In this document: positions 45,198 to 55,346 of the stretch, piece by piece
How positions within the stretch are numbered: position 1 is the first letter of the stretch
How the letters are laid out: each line of letters opens with the position of its first letter
Origin: Bacilli bacterium
GTDB lineage: Bacteria; Bacillota_I; Bacilli_A; RFN20; CAG-826
Length of the DNA stretch: 64,000 bases
Assembly (NCBI GenBank): GCA_024695105.1
Contig: JAILIV010000050.1
Location: 6,721-70,720, forward strand
Direction: 5' to 3'
Made by a program: the position numbers and the translations under genes
Notes under the pieces: model-generated
The model's input: only the letters and a program-made list of their open reading frames with translations
What the model was told of the DNA's origin: nothing
Databases searched by the model: none

Positions 45198-45206
45198 GAA
45201 TGACGT

Positions 45207-47333
45207 TTATTTGTCGGCAGGATCAACGGGCGTTTCCGGGGTTTCACCCACTGGGTTTTGAGGGTTTTGAGACTCTGCTTCCGGTGCGGGTTTTCCTTCC
45301 GGTTCAGGGAGTTTACCGTTCTTGCAAAGGTACTCGATTTCCTCCGCGGTAATGGTCTCCTTTTCAAGCAGCGTTTCCGCAATCAAGATGACCTGGTCTT
45401 TGTGCTCTTCGAGGATCTTACGGGCATTCTCATGCGCCTCATCGATGATCTCGCGAACGGCCTTGTCGATCTCGTAGGCGACCTGCGTGGAAAAGTTGCG
45501 TTGCGTAGAGGCGTAATCACGGCCAAGGAACACAGAGCCCGTGTCGCGCTCATACTGGATGGGACCAAGGTCGGACATACCGAATTCGGTCACCATCAAG
45601 CGGGCTAAACGCGTAGCCTGCTCAATATCGTTGGAAGCGCCAGTAGACACGTCTTGAAAGAAGATCTCTTCCGAGGTGCGCCCGCCCAAAAGACCCGTAA
45701 TACGAGCTATAAGCTCGTTTTTGGTCATAAGGAAACGGTCATCCTCAGGCGTCATAAGCACGTGCCCGCCCGTGTTTCCACGCGGCACGATCGTGATTTT
45801 CTGAACTTTGTCGGAGTAGGGGAGATTGATGCCGATGACCGCATGGCCAGATTCGTGGAAGCTGATTTGCCGCCGCTCTTTTTCAGAAAGGCCTTTAGAA
45901 GACTTCGCAGGGCCGGAAATGCGGCGGTCAATAGCCTCGTCGATCTCTTCGATGCCAACCTGCTCTTTATGGTCGCGGACCGCCAAAATGGCAGCTTCGT
46001 TCAGCACATTGTCCAAATCCGCGCCAGAGAAGCCCACGGTACGCTTTGCAAGGGCGTCAAAGTCGACATTGGGGTCAATCTTCTTACCGCGCGCATGAAC
46101 GCGCAAGATGGCCGCGCGACCAGCCTTGTCGGGCAAAGAAACGGTAATGGTCCTATCAAAACGCCCGGCGCGGCGAAGCGCGGGGTCCAAAACGTCGTCG
46201 CGGTTGGTCGCGGCGATGACCAAAATGCCGGAATTGGCCTCGAATCCATCCATTTCGACGAGCAATTGGTTCAACGTTTGCTCACGTTCGTCGTTGCCGC
46301 CGCCTAAGCCTGCGCCACGCTGACGACCAACGGCATCGATTTCATCGATGAAGATGAGGCACGGGGCAGCCTCTTTGGCTTGATGGAACAAGTCACGCAC
46401 ACGCCCGGCGCCTACGCCGACGTACATCTCAACGAAGTCCGAACCAGAGATGGAGAAGAAGGGGACTCCCGCCTCGCCGGCAACGGCTTTGGCAAGGAGC
46501 GTTTTTCCCGTACCGGGCGGACCTATCAATAAAAACCCTTTGGGCAAACGGGCCCCAAATTTGGAGTATTTCTTCGGGTCTTTAAGATATTCGACCAACT
46601 CCACCATCTCGGCCTTTTCCTCATCGCATCCAGCCACGTCGCTAAAGCGAACTTTGCTGCTATCCGCGCGGCGAGCGGGGGACTTGTTGAAGCTTGTAAT
46701 GGATCCATTGGCCCCGTTCACCGAAGAACTAAGGCGAGAGAAGATGAAGATGCCGATCAAAAGGATGGCCGCGGTAGAAATGATCGTTGGACCCCAAGCG
46801 TCCCAGAAAGAAACCTGGAAAGCGTCAGAGTTACTAATGTAAATCGACGCGGCCTGGATGTTGGCACGCGCGATAGCCCCACCGGTGGCAAGGCTATTCT
46901 TTGCGTGCGCGATACGCGTCTCGAACAGGCTCGAGTAAGACGCGTGATACGCATCAGACGTGCCGTCGGCGGAAACATAGGAGAACCCTTCGTTCCAATG
47001 GCCTTCGTCAATGCGCACGGCGAAGGTGACGACCGTGTTGCTCTTGGTCAAATAACGGCCGTTGATGACGTAAGAGGTGTACTCGTGGCGGACGTCATAG
47101 GTATAAAGCTTGTTGTCCGTGGTCTCGTAATCATCCAACTCATAGTGACCCTTGTCATTGCTCAAACGGTATCCCAAAACCGTCTCATCGACGGCGGACT
47201 CGTGGATGGCGTTGGAGTTGGTAAAGAAATTCGAGGCGATCAGCCAAATGAGCAAACCAGCCGCGGCGGCCATCAAGATATAGGGAAAGATATAACTGAA
47301 TATGCTTCTTTTCGGTGCTTTTCCATCATTCAT
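45207..47333 (-). CDS. ftsH: ATP-dependent zinc metalloprotease FtsH
   Basis: Two N-terminal TM segments around an unusually long (~150 aa) extracytoplasmic loop. AAA+ Walker A GPPGTGKT and SRH. Zn motif HESGHAV. Confidence 0.95.
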   Translation of the reverse strand: MNDGKAPKRSIFSYIFPYILMAAAAGLLIWLIASNFFTNSNAIHESAVDETVLGYRLSNDKGHYELDDYETTDNKLYTYDVRHEYTSYVINGRYLTKSNTVVTFAVRIDEGHWNEGFSYVSADGTSDAYHASYSSLFETRIAHAKNSLATGGAIARANIQAASIYISNSDAFQVSFWDAWGPTIISTAAILLIGIFIFSRLSSSVNGANGSITSFNKSPARRADSSKVRFSDVAGCDEEKAEMVELVEYLKDPKKYSKFGARLPKGFLLIGPPGTGKTLLAKAVAGEAGVPFFSISGSDFVEMYVGVGAGRVRDLFHQAKEAAPCLIFIDEIDAVGRQRGAGLGGGNDEREQTLNQLLVEMDGFEANSGILVIAATNRDDVLDPALRRAGRFDRTITVSLPDKAGRAAILRVHARGKKIDPNVDFDALAKRTVGFSGADLDNVLNEAAILAVRDHKEQVGIEEIDEAIDRRISGPAKSSKGLSEKERRQISFHESGHAVIGINLPYSDKVQKITIVPRGNTGGHVLMTPEDDRFLMTKNELIARITGLLGGRTSEEIFFQDVSTGASNDIEQATRLARLMVTEFGMSDLGPIQYERDTGSVFLGRDYASTQRNFSTQVAYEIDKAVREIIDEAHENARKILEEHKDQVILIAETLLEKETITAEEIEYLCKNGKLPEPEGKPAPEAESQNPQNPVGETPETPVDPADK

Positions 47334-47372
47334 AAGCGTTTTCCTTTCATGCTGTTGCTATCGCAACAAAAG

Positions 47373-47400
47373 ACTGTAAGCGCAGGCGCGAACCTGTCAA
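47373..47400 (-). promoter_or_regulatory. Candidate sigma-A promoter of ftsH (TTGACA-N16-TACAGT)
   Basis: The minus strand reads cTTGACAggttcgcgcctgcgctTACAGTc. The leader contains a TGTTGC-gata-GCAACA hairpin and the SD AAAGGAAA. Confidence 0.5.
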
Positions 47401-47406
47401 GCCGAT

Positions 47407-48672
47407 TCATTCTTCGGTACGATCACCGAATTTCATGTCCAAACGGGACGTGTGGTATTCATGGAAGTAGCGGCGATAACGCGGAACGTAAACCACTTTC
47501 CCGTCCTTGTTCAGGAAAATGGGCCACACGTAGCGGTAACGGACCGGCATATTCCACGTGGAGAATAGCGAGGTCACCGGCTCAAGGAAGCCATGGACGA
47601 TGAACTTGTCACTCGGCAATACCGTGCGGATGGTAAGGGGGTAGTCCTCTGCCTTGATGCCGCGGTCTTCCGCTCCCATGGAGAAATCTAGTTCAAAGTT
47701 CGGCGTCGAAAGCTTGCCTGGCGCATCGAGCTTGTACTCGTAAAGCAATTCGGAGTAGTTGCGGCCCACGACCAGAACGTCGTATTCCCTCAAAAGATAG
47801 GTGTCTTTGCCAATTTTCAACGAGGCGTTAGGAACGGGGGAGAGGCATAGTTTGCGAACGGCCGCGAGTTCATCGATACCCATGTGGATTTCTTCGGGTG
47901 CGCGGGAGACGAACCGAATGACCGTGGCGGCGAATTCGTCTTGAGATAGAGCGATCAACGGGCGGATTTCGAGCTCTTCGCCCTCATCGATGGACTTGTT
48001 GAAGTCCTTGACCAACTTGATTTTCTCGTCGTTGGCGGATTCCATCTCCGCGATGAGGTTCTCGCGTTCGATCGCCGACATAGCGTTGATCTTCTCAAAG
48101 ATCGGGCTGCGGATGAAGTGGTCCTCATAGCTCATCTTTTTCGTGGAGAAGGGGACGCGGTTTTCCTCGTTGTACTCGCGCAAATCCTCGCGGGTATAAC
48201 GCAATAGCGGACGGATAATGACCATCCCGTTTTGGGTGGAAACGGGGCTGAGTCCGTATTTGGCGTCTTTGAGTTTCCGGCCCTTTTGCATCAGCAAAGT
48301 TTCGAGGAGGTCATCTTGCTGGTGGGCGATCACTAGGCCCGCGGCATGGTATTTGTCATAGACTTGGCGGAAGAAGCCGTAACGGACCTTTCGGGCCCAA
48401 TCCTTGAAGGAATCGCCTTCGTGGAACGCCTCTTCTTCGGGAAGGGTGGCGGCGTCGAGATATTCCAAGGTCAAGCCTTTCGCGCCGCAATAGGAGGCCA
48501 GTTTGATGTAGTCGTCGCTGGATTCCTCGAACTTGTGGTAGTTGATGCACACGACGATGGGCTTCAAACCGGCTTTCTGGAGCATGTCCAGCAAAGCCAT
48601 GGAATCCGGCCCGTACGTGCAGGCGCACAAATAGGTGGCGCCTTTTTGGAATTTGTAATCAAGCATATTCAC
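47407..48672 (-). CDS. tilS: tRNA(Ile)-lysidine synthase TilS, with non-canonical PP-loop
   Basis: TilS architecture and motifs (IAHQQDDLLETLLMQ, C-terminal domain). The PP-loop reads ACTYGPDS where SGGxDS is expected. Confidence 0.8.
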   Translation of the reverse strand: MNMLDYKFQKGATYLCACTYGPDSMALLDMLQKAGLKPIVVCINYHKFEESSDDYIKLASYCGAKGLTLEYLDAATLPEEEAFHEGDSFKDWARKVRYGFFRQVYDKYHAAGLVIAHQQDDLLETLLMQKGRKLKDAKYGLSPVSTQNGMVIIRPLLRYTREDLREYNEENRVPFSTKKMSYEDHFIRSPIFEKINAMSAIERENLIAEMESANDEKIKLVKDFNKSIDEGEELEIRPLIALSQDEFAATVIRFVSRAPEEIHMGIDELAAVRKLCLSPVPNASLKIGKDTYLLREYDVLVVGRNYSELLYEYKLDAPGKLSTPNFELDFSMGAEDRGIKAEDYPLTIRTVLPSDKFIVHGFLEPVTSLFSTWNMPVRYRYVWPIFLNKDGKVVYVPRYRRYFHEYHTSRLDMKFGDRTEE

Positions 48673-48935
48673 TCTCCTCGATTATCCACTTTGTCTTCGA
48701 TGATCTCGTACATGCCGGAGGCGCTGTCTTTGTTGGCGTGGGGCAGCAATACGAGAACCCGAACGGTGAGGGTGTGCCGTCCCAGCTTCAACGTCATTTC
48801 GTTGTCTGGAAGGATCTCCGTAGAAGGTTTCGCGACCTTCCCACCGACTTGGACGAGACCGGCGTCGCAGAGCTCCTTGGCTACCTCTCTTCGCTTGATG
48901 AGGCGCGAAACTTTGAGGTATTTGTCCACTCTCAT
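48669..48935 (-). CDS. rqcP: S4-domain RNA-binding protein, YabO/RqcP (Hsp15-like)
   Basis: MRVDKYLKVSRLIKRREVAKE... closely resembles B. subtilis YabO. 88 aa. ATGA overlap with tilS. Confidence 0.85.
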   Translation of the reverse strand: MRVDKYLKVSRLIKRREVAKELCDAGLVQVGGKVAKPSTEILPDNEMTLKLGRHTLTVRVLVLLPHANKDSASGMYEIIEDKVDNRGE

Positions 48936-48942
48936 TTGAATA

Positions 48943-48951
48943 ATGTTAGCA
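48943..48951 (-). promoter_or_regulatory. Extended -10 (TGCTAACAT) 7 nt upstream of the rqcP ATG; leaderless type
   Basis: The minus strand reads gTGCTAACATtattcaaATGaga. No SD. Confidence 0.45.
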
Positions 48952-49031
48952 CAATACCTTTAAGGGATTGTGAACGAATGCTTCGCGCCAAGGCACACGC
49001 ACGCTTAAAATCATCGGCGAAAGAACATCGC

Positions 49032-52000
49032 TTATGATGCTTTGTGCTTCAAATACGTTTGGTGCGTCAGGCGCATTATTTTCTCAAGGTTACTTACCCA
49101 ATCGCCTTGTTTGGCGAGAAGGAATGTGAGCCTTTTTTCGATGTACGTGACGCGTAAAACGCCTAAAAACGGGGTCAAGGCGCCAAAAAGATCCATGCCG
49201 ATTCCATCTATCCCAGACAGCAATGGGGAAAGGGTTACTTCAATCCTTCCTTGGGCCTCATTGACAGAGGAAAACTCCTCCAGCTCCGCCAAAATGTCGA
49301 TTCGCTTTTTCTGAATGACCAAGTCCACTTCCTTTGGCAAACGCCCGTAGACATCCTTCATACGTTTCTTCCACGCGTCCAATTGCTTTTCGGTCTGGAT
49401 GTCGTCCAATTCATGGTAAAGCTCCACCTTGTCGGACTTGGAGGCATATTCCTCAGGAATATAGGCATCAATGGAGAATAGTTTCTTGGGCACAGGTGGG
49501 GCGATGGGCTGCCCGGTTTCGCGTTCCTCGATGGCCTCGTGGAGCATCTTCAAATACAGGTCCAAACCGATGGAATCGATAAACCCGGCTTGTTCTGGTC
49601 CGAGTAAATCGCCCGCGCCACGAATCATCAGGTCACGTTGGGCGATCTTGTAACCTGAACCGAGCTCCGTGAATTCCTGAATGGCCTGAAGACGACGTTG
49701 CGCGTCTTGGTTCATGTTCTTCTCTTGCTTATAAAGCAAATAGGCGAACGCGATGCGGTCCCCGCGACCCACGCGCCCTTTGATTTGGTAAAGCTGGCTG
49801 AGTCCAAAATGATCCGCGTTTTCCACGATGATCATGTTGGCGTTTGGCACGTCGATTCCGTTTTCCACGATGGACGTGCATACCAAAACGTTCATGTCAC
49901 CATCATAGAAGCGTTCCATGACGTCCTCGACGGCGTCCTTGTCCATTTGGCCGTGGACCACGCCGACATTAGCCAAAGGCAGACGCTTGGCGATACGGGA
50001 TGCGACGCGGTAAATCGTCTCGACACGATTGTGAACGTAGAACACTTGGCCATGTCTCGATAGCTCACGCTGAATGAGTTCCATCACCGTTTCTTCGTTG
50101 TAAGGGGCAACGTAGGTCTGAATGGGCATGCGAGCAGAAGGGGCCGTCAGAATCTCACTGACGGGACGAATGCCCAAAAGGGACATCTGGAGCGTTCGCG
50201 GAATCGGCGTAGCCGATAAAGTCAAAACATCCACGGAAGATTTGATTTCCTTGATGCGTTCCTTTTGTTCCACGCCAAAGCGCTGTTCCTCGTCGACGAT
50301 CAGCAAACCAAGATCCTTAAACTCAAAATCCTTGGATAACAAACGGTGAGTCCCGATAACGAAATCCGCCTTTCCGTCCTTAACTAGTTCCAAATCTCTT
50401 TTTTGGATGGATTCAGGCACCAAACGAGAAAACAGGCAAATGCGGAGTCCATAGGGGGCAAACCGGTTTTGCGCGACCTCATAATGCTGCCTAGCCAATA
50501 GGGTAGTGGGGCAAAGCATCGCGACTTGCTTCCCGGAGGAAATGGCCTTGAACGCGGCGCGGAACGCCACCTCCGTTTTGCCAAAACCCACATCGCCGCA
50601 CAGAAGTCGGTCCATGATGATCGGACGTTCCATGTCGGCCTTGATTTCGTCGATCGCCTTCTGTTGGTCCGGCGTCATATCATGAATGAATTCCGCTTCG
50701 AATTGAGTTTGAAGTTCATCGTCTGGAGGAAAGGCAAAACCCTGCAAATTCGTCCTATCCCGATAGAGTTTCATCAAACGGTCCGCAAGTTCATTTACGC
50801 GTTTTTTGATGTTGTTTTTGCGCTTTTCCCATTCTTTCCCCGACAATCTGGACAGTTTTGGGGCCGCGCCTTCCCTGCCCGCGTATTTGCGGACCAAACG
50901 GAATTGTTCCAACGGAACGTAAAGGTATTCGTTACCCGCATACGCGATATGGAGGAAGTCGCGGTGGATGCCATCCACCTCGATGGTTTTCACGTCGAGG
51001 AATTGGCCGATGCCGTTATATTCGTGGACGACATAATCGCCTGGTTTGAGGTCCTCATACGAACGCAAGATCGTCGCGGTCTTAAACCGAGAAGCGAAGC
51101 GGCTGGAAACGCTACGTTTGCCAAATAGTTCCGCGGAAGAAATAAAGGCGATCTTCAAGGACGGAAGTTCGAACCCTTCGTTTAACGGTTGCTCCGTAAT
51201 GCCCAGTTTTCCTTTGGGAAGATTGAACCCGCGCGTCTTTTCAAACGGGATGTTCGCTTCGGATAGCAGCCCTTTCAGCATTTCCTCTTGGCGCATATCC
51301 ACGACGGAAAGGACGACCTTATCGCACGTTGCCAAGTAGGTTTGGATCAAGGGCAATATGAAATTAGCGGATTTGCCCGGAACGGAAATGCGGTGGGCTT
51401 GGAACAGTATGTCCTCCGCCTTTTTCGAGAAGGGGCTAGAAACGACAAGACGGCTCTTGTCGGGGACCGCCTCGGAAAAATCCATGTATTGGCGAAGGCT
51501 TGATAGCCCTCTGCCTTTATAAAGAAGTTCGCCAAGGAAATCTCTCGCCTCTTCATCGAGGTTTTTCACCGCGGCGTTAAACGCTTCCTTGTTCGCGACG
51601 AACACGATAGAAGGGTCGAAATAAGAGAGCACGGAATGGCATTTCCCTAACGCAAACCCATAGTACCGATACAGTTCGTTGCGGTAGTCCCTACGAACGA
51701 TGCGTTCCAAATCCAGCCCGACGTATTGACGCATCAGCGGACCGACTTCTGGCCCCAATAATTGGGCGTCTTGGTCCATCTGCGTTTTCGCGCGCAGCAT
51801 AAAGTCCGTTAGCTCATCTTCATCTAAGAAAATGTCGCTTGCGGGAAGCAAAACGCAGGAATCAAGTTTTTGCTTGGACTCCTGGGTCTGAACATCGAAA
51901 ATGCGGATCGACTCGATTTCGTCACCAAAGAACTCGATGCGTACCGGCTCTAGGTAGGACACGGAATAAACGTCGAGGATATCGCCGCGAAGCGCGCATT

Positions 52001-52499
52001 GTAGCGTCCGCTCCACTTTGTTCTCCACGGAATACCCCGTCTCGACCAAACGGGTACGAAGCTCCTGAGGATCCCACGTATCGCCCACATGGAGATGTAG
52101 GATTTGCTTTCTGAAGTTTTCCGGACTGGGCAGGAAACGAAGCAGCGCGCTTGGATGCGTCACCAAGAGTTTGGGATTTCCGTCCATGATTTGCCCAAGG
52201 GCGTAAAGACGCTGGGCAAGGAGTTCGCGCGAGGAAGAAAGGGCCTCGGCGCGAAGCAATTCGTCGCTTGGAAAGAACGCGACGTCTTCTTCTTTGATGA
52301 AGTTCAACAAGAACTCATACAGGCGTTGTGCGGTGTATTGATTTGACGCAACAAGAGCGATATTTTGCTGGTTTTTCTGAAAAATCGATGCAAAAAGTAG
52401 GCCTGTTGCGAGGTTTTCTTCAACGACGAAAGACCCCTTTTTGTCCAAGAGGGGGGAGGTAATGGGAAGTCCGTATACTCTCTTTAGTAAGTCGTCCAA
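49032..52499 (-). CDS. mfd: Transcription-repair coupling factor Mfd
   Basis: UvrB-homology N-terminal region, RNAP-interaction domain, SF2 translocase (GDVGFGKTEVA, DEEQRFG), TRG motif. TTG start at 52499 with AGGAGA SD. Confidence 0.95.
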   Translation of the reverse strand: MDDLLKRVYGLPITSPLLDKKGSFVVEENLATGLLFASIFQKNQQNIALVASNQYTAQRLYEFLLNFIKEEDVAFFPSDELLRAEALSSSRELLAQRLYALGQIMDGNPKLLVTHPSALLRFLPSPENFRKQILHLHVGDTWDPQELRTRLVETGYSVENKVERTLQCALRGDILDVYSVSYLEPVRIEFFGDEIESIRIFDVQTQESKQKLDSCVLLPASDIFLDEDELTDFMLRAKTQMDQDAQLLGPEVGPLMRQYVGLDLERIVRRDYRNELYRYYGFALGKCHSVLSYFDPSIVFVANKEAFNAAVKNLDEEARDFLGELLYKGRGLSSLRQYMDFSEAVPDKSRLVVSSPFSKKAEDILFQAHRISVPGKSANFILPLIQTYLATCDKVVLSVVDMRQEEMLKGLLSEANIPFEKTRGFNLPKGKLGITEQPLNEGFELPSLKIAFISSAELFGKRSVSSRFASRFKTATILRSYEDLKPGDYVVHEYNGIGQFLDVKTIEVDGIHRDFLHIAYAGNEYLYVPLEQFRLVRKYAGREGAAPKLSRLSGKEWEKRKNNIKKRVNELADRLMKLYRDRTNLQGFAFPPDDELQTQFEAEFIHDMTPDQQKAIDEIKADMERPIIMDRLLCGDVGFGKTEVAFRAAFKAISSGKQVAMLCPTTLLARQHYEVAQNRFAPYGLRICLFSRLVPESIQKRDLELVKDGKADFVIGTHRLLSKDFEFKDLGLLIVDEEQRFGVEQKERIKEIKSSVDVLTLSATPIPRTLQMSLLGIRPVSEILTAPSARMPIQTYVAPYNEETVMELIQRELSRHGQVFYVHNRVETIYRVASRIAKRLPLANVGVVHGQMDKDAVEDVMERFYDGDMNVLVCTSIVENGIDVPNANMIIVENADHFGLSQLYQIKGRVGRGDRIAFAYLLYKQEKNMNQDAQRRLQAIQEFTELGSGYKIAQRDLMIRGAGDLLGPEQAGFIDSIGLDLYLKMLHEAIEERETGQPIAPPVPKKLFSIDAYIPEEYASKSDKVELYHELDDIQTEKQLDAWKKRMKDVYGRLPKEVDLVIQKKRIDILAELEEFSSVNEAQGRIEVTLSPLLSGIDGIGMDLFGALTPFLGVLRVTYIEKRLTFLLAKQGDWVSNLEKIMRLTHQTYLKHKAS

Positions 52500-52507
52500 G
52501 ATATCTC

Positions 52508-53065
52508 CTAATTAAAATGATTCATCGCATGTACAAAGCCATTGATCAGGGCGTCCCGAGTCGCTTCCGTCGCTTTTTGGATCGCCTCCTCGGCACGCTC
52601 CAACGCCTCGCCGGAAAGCTTCCCAAGAACGTAATCGATCCCACCATGGGGCGGTTCGCCGATGCCGACGCGTACCCGTTTGACGTTCTCGGTCTTAAGC
52701 TGCTCGATGATGTTGCGCATGCCATTGTGGGACCCATGGGACCCCGAAAGGCGCAGGCGGATTCTCCCTTCGCCGATGGCCATGTCGTCATAAATGACGA
52801 TCAAGTCTTCCACGGGCACATTGAAGTAGTCGAGCAGGGGGCGAATGAATTCTCCGGAGAGATTCATGAACGTCTCGGGCTTGGCGAAGATCACGGACTC
52901 AGGCAAAACGGGGTTCTTGCACACGCCGTAAATGCCTTTGAACTTATCGTGGTCTAAGTCGCAGGAAAACATCTCGCACAAACGGTCTATGACCATATAG
53001 CCCATGTTGTGGCGGGTGTTCGCGTATTGCTTGCCGGGATTGCCTAGGCCAACGACGACTTTCAT
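52508..53065 (-). CDS. pth: Peptidyl-tRNA hydrolase
   Basis: MKVVVGLGNPGKQYANTRHNMG and GSHGSHNGMRN motifs. Confidence 0.95.
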   Translation of the reverse strand: MKVVVGLGNPGKQYANTRHNMGYMVIDRLCEMFSCDLDHDKFKGIYGVCKNPVLPESVIFAKPETFMNLSGEFIRPLLDYFNVPVEDLIVIYDDMAIGEGRIRLRLSGSHGSHNGMRNIIEQLKTENVKRVRVGIGEPPHGGIDYVLGKLSGEALERAEEAIQKATEATRDALINGFVHAMNHFN

Positions 53066-53604
53066 AGTCCCTCTGGCACGACGGTGTCGATCTTCCGCAC
53101 GACGGAAATGATGCGGTCGACGCCCGCTTGGTCGTAAACCACAATGGGGTTCTCCTTCAAAGCCAACAGGGCTTCCTGGTCCGGTTTGGAATCGGGGTCT
53201 TTCTGAATGAGGCGGAAAGAGTTATCCATCAATATCCGTTCCACGAAACCAAGCTTCGAATAGTCAAACGATCCACGAAGTTGATAGAAGCGGACATGAT
53301 ACATATCGAGCAAATTCCCTTTAATGAGGTCTTCTCGGGTCGTCTTGGTCACTACGGACATACCCACCGCGAAGATGATGATGTTTTTCTCTTTCATCAA
53401 ATCGTACATGGCAAGGAAGGGATCCAATTTTTGGATTCTCGTCCCCATGACGCGGGAGCCAAAAATGATCGTGTCGTAGTCATCGATCATCTTCTTTTTG
53501 AATTTCTTAAACGGAAGGACGTCGCATTTCAAAGCTTCGGCGATGTCCTCAGCGTATTTCTGGGTGTTTCCGGTTTTGGAGTAATAAAGGATTAGGGTGC
53601 GCAT
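53062..53604 (-). CDS. Flavodoxin-domain protein
   Basis: MRTLILYYSKTGNTQKYAE flavodoxin FMN-loop N-terminus. Start ATG 53604; the ORF-track extension was rejected. ATGA overlap with pth. Confidence 0.75.
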   Translation of the reverse strand: MRTLILYYSKTGNTQKYAEDIAEALKCDVLPFKKFKKKMIDDYDTIIFGSRVMGTRIQKLDPFLAMYDLMKEKNIIIFAVGMSVVTKTTREDLIKGNLLDMYHVRFYQLRGSFDYSKLGFVERILMDNSFRLIQKDPDSKPDQEALLALKENPIVVYDQAGVDRIISVVRKIDTVVPEGL

Positions 53605-53610
53605 GGACAA

Positions 53611-53619
53611 ACAATAGCA
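53611..53619 (-). promoter_or_regulatory. Extended -10 (TGCTATTGT) 6 nt upstream of the flavodoxin ATG; leaderless type
   Basis: The minus strand reads gTGCTATTGTttgtccATGcgc. Confidence 0.4.
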
Positions 53620-53657
53620 CATGCGTCCGTATTTGTATGTATGCGCACTCGAAAAGA

Positions 53658-55343
53658 TCAAGCGACGGACATGTCGCCGAATTTGATGTGCAGAATGTTG
53701 CGGAACTGTTCGTTCTTCTGGATGGTTTCAAGAGGCCCGTGCGCGACCAAGCGCCCTTCTTCTAGCAGCAATATCTCGTCGTATTTCCCAAGAAGCAAAC
53801 CAGAGAAATTGTGGGAAATGAAGATGACGGTTTTCTCCTCATAGCTCAGGATCATGCGCTCGATTTCATAAGCGGTCTCGATATCTAGCGTCGAGATGAC
53901 TTCGTCAAAGACGATGAAGCCAATCTTTTCGATAAGGCATCGCGCGATTTCGATGCGCCGTTGCTCGCCCGAACTGACGTTTGTCCCTCCGTCGGCGATC
54001 TCACGAGCGAGAGGAAGTTTCATTTGGGCCGCGGTAATCGCTTCGGTCAACTGTTCATCCGATACCTCGCGGAAGAGGGTGACGTTGTCCCTCACGCTGG
54101 CGGAAAATAGCGCCACGTTCTCATTCAAATAGGAAATATGGCGGCTTAGCTCTTCGTTCGAGAGATTATTGAAAGAGTGGCCGTTAACCAAGATGTCGCC
54201 TTCGCATCCGGAGACGCGTTTCTTCAACGCCTTGAACAACGTGGACTTGCCGCATCCGTTGCGTCCGACGATCAAATATTTTTTCCGCGGTTCAAACTTG
54301 AAGTTGAACCCTTTGATGATTTCGTTGCCTTCGATGGTCACGGAGAAGTCTTTGTACTCAACTCCGATGCCGCCTTCGTCGGTAATGGTCTCGGGGCTTT
54401 CCGGGGTGGACACGTCCTCGGTAAGGCGTTGCATGTTATCCACGACCGAACGCACGGAGCGGATGGCGTTCATGCTGGTGATGATTTGCTGGAGGGGGTT
54501 AGCCAAATCCGAGGAGAAGGAACGGGCCGCGATGACGGTGCCGATGATGATTTGGCCACGGATCACCAACATGATGCCTAAGCCCACGGCCATGAATTGC
54601 ATAAACCAACTCAGCATCGTCCCGACGCTATCCGAAAGGGAGAGGCTGGTATCGTAGTCGAACTTCGCCATCTCGGTATCGTGGTTGGAGCGGGTGAAGT
54701 TGTTTTCGATCCGGTCTTCGATCGCGTAGTTTTTCACCGTCGGATAGGCTTCCAAATACTCCTTCGTCCGTAAGGTGAAACGGCTAAGAAAGGTGGAATA
54801 GACGTAGTTGCGCTGATTCAGCAAATTGCCATAGAAAAACGGCACGCCCATGGAAACGATGCCAAAGGAAATGATGAAGGCGCCGATGATCCAGTTCAGG
54901 GTCAAAAAGGAGGCGCCCAAAATGACGATGGAGAAAATGCCACCAATCAAGCTAAATAGGGCGCTTAAGTACTTTTGCTCCAAGATATGGATGTCGTTGG
55001 TGAAAAAGGAAAGGTAACGCCCGCTGTCTTCTTTCTCGAATAACTTGTTCGTGTCCAAACGGAGCAAGCGGTGGAAAATACCGCCTTTCACGTTCTTACG
55101 GACATTGCAGATGATGTAGGAACGCGTCACGCTGGCAAGATAAGTGATGACGCGTTTGCCAAGCCAGATTAAGAACCCGATGATCAGGAAACGAAGCACC
55201 AACGATTCCGGGGTTTCCGGGGTGGCTAAATCAAATAAGTCGCGTAACCAAAAATTGAGGTACGAGTTAATCGCCGGCTCCGCGATCATCAACGCGATGA
55301 GCAGGCCGAATAGGAATCCGTTTCTAACGACGTGCCGAAACAC
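53658..55343 (-). CDS. ABC exporter (TMD-NBD fusion, probably homodimeric)
   Basis: Walker A GRNGCGKST, signature VSSGEQRR, Walker B IVFDEVISTLD. Confidence 0.85.
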   Translation of the reverse strand: MFRHVVRNGFLFGLLIALMIAEPAINSYLNFWLRDLFDLATPETPESLVLRFLIIGFLIWLGKRVITYLASVTRSYIICNVRKNVKGGIFHRLLRLDTNKLFEKEDSGRYLSFFTNDIHILEQKYLSALFSLIGGIFSIVILGASFLTLNWIIGAFIISFGIVSMGVPFFYGNLLNQRNYVYSTFLSRFTLRTKEYLEAYPTVKNYAIEDRIENNFTRSNHDTEMAKFDYDTSLSLSDSVGTMLSWFMQFMAVGLGIMLVIRGQIIIGTVIAARSFSSDLANPLQQIITSMNAIRSVRSVVDNMQRLTEDVSTPESPETITDEGGIGVEYKDFSVTIEGNEIIKGFNFKFEPRKKYLIVGRNGCGKSTLFKALKKRVSGCEGDILVNGHSFNNLSNEELSRHISYLNENVALFSASVRDNVTLFREVSDEQLTEAITAAQMKLPLAREIADGGTNVSSGEQRRIEIARCLIEKIGFIVFDEVISTLDIETAYEIERMILSYEEKTVIFISHNFSGLLLGKYDEILLLEEGRLVAHGPLETIQKNEQFRNILHIKFGDMSVA

Positions 55344-55346
55344 GGA

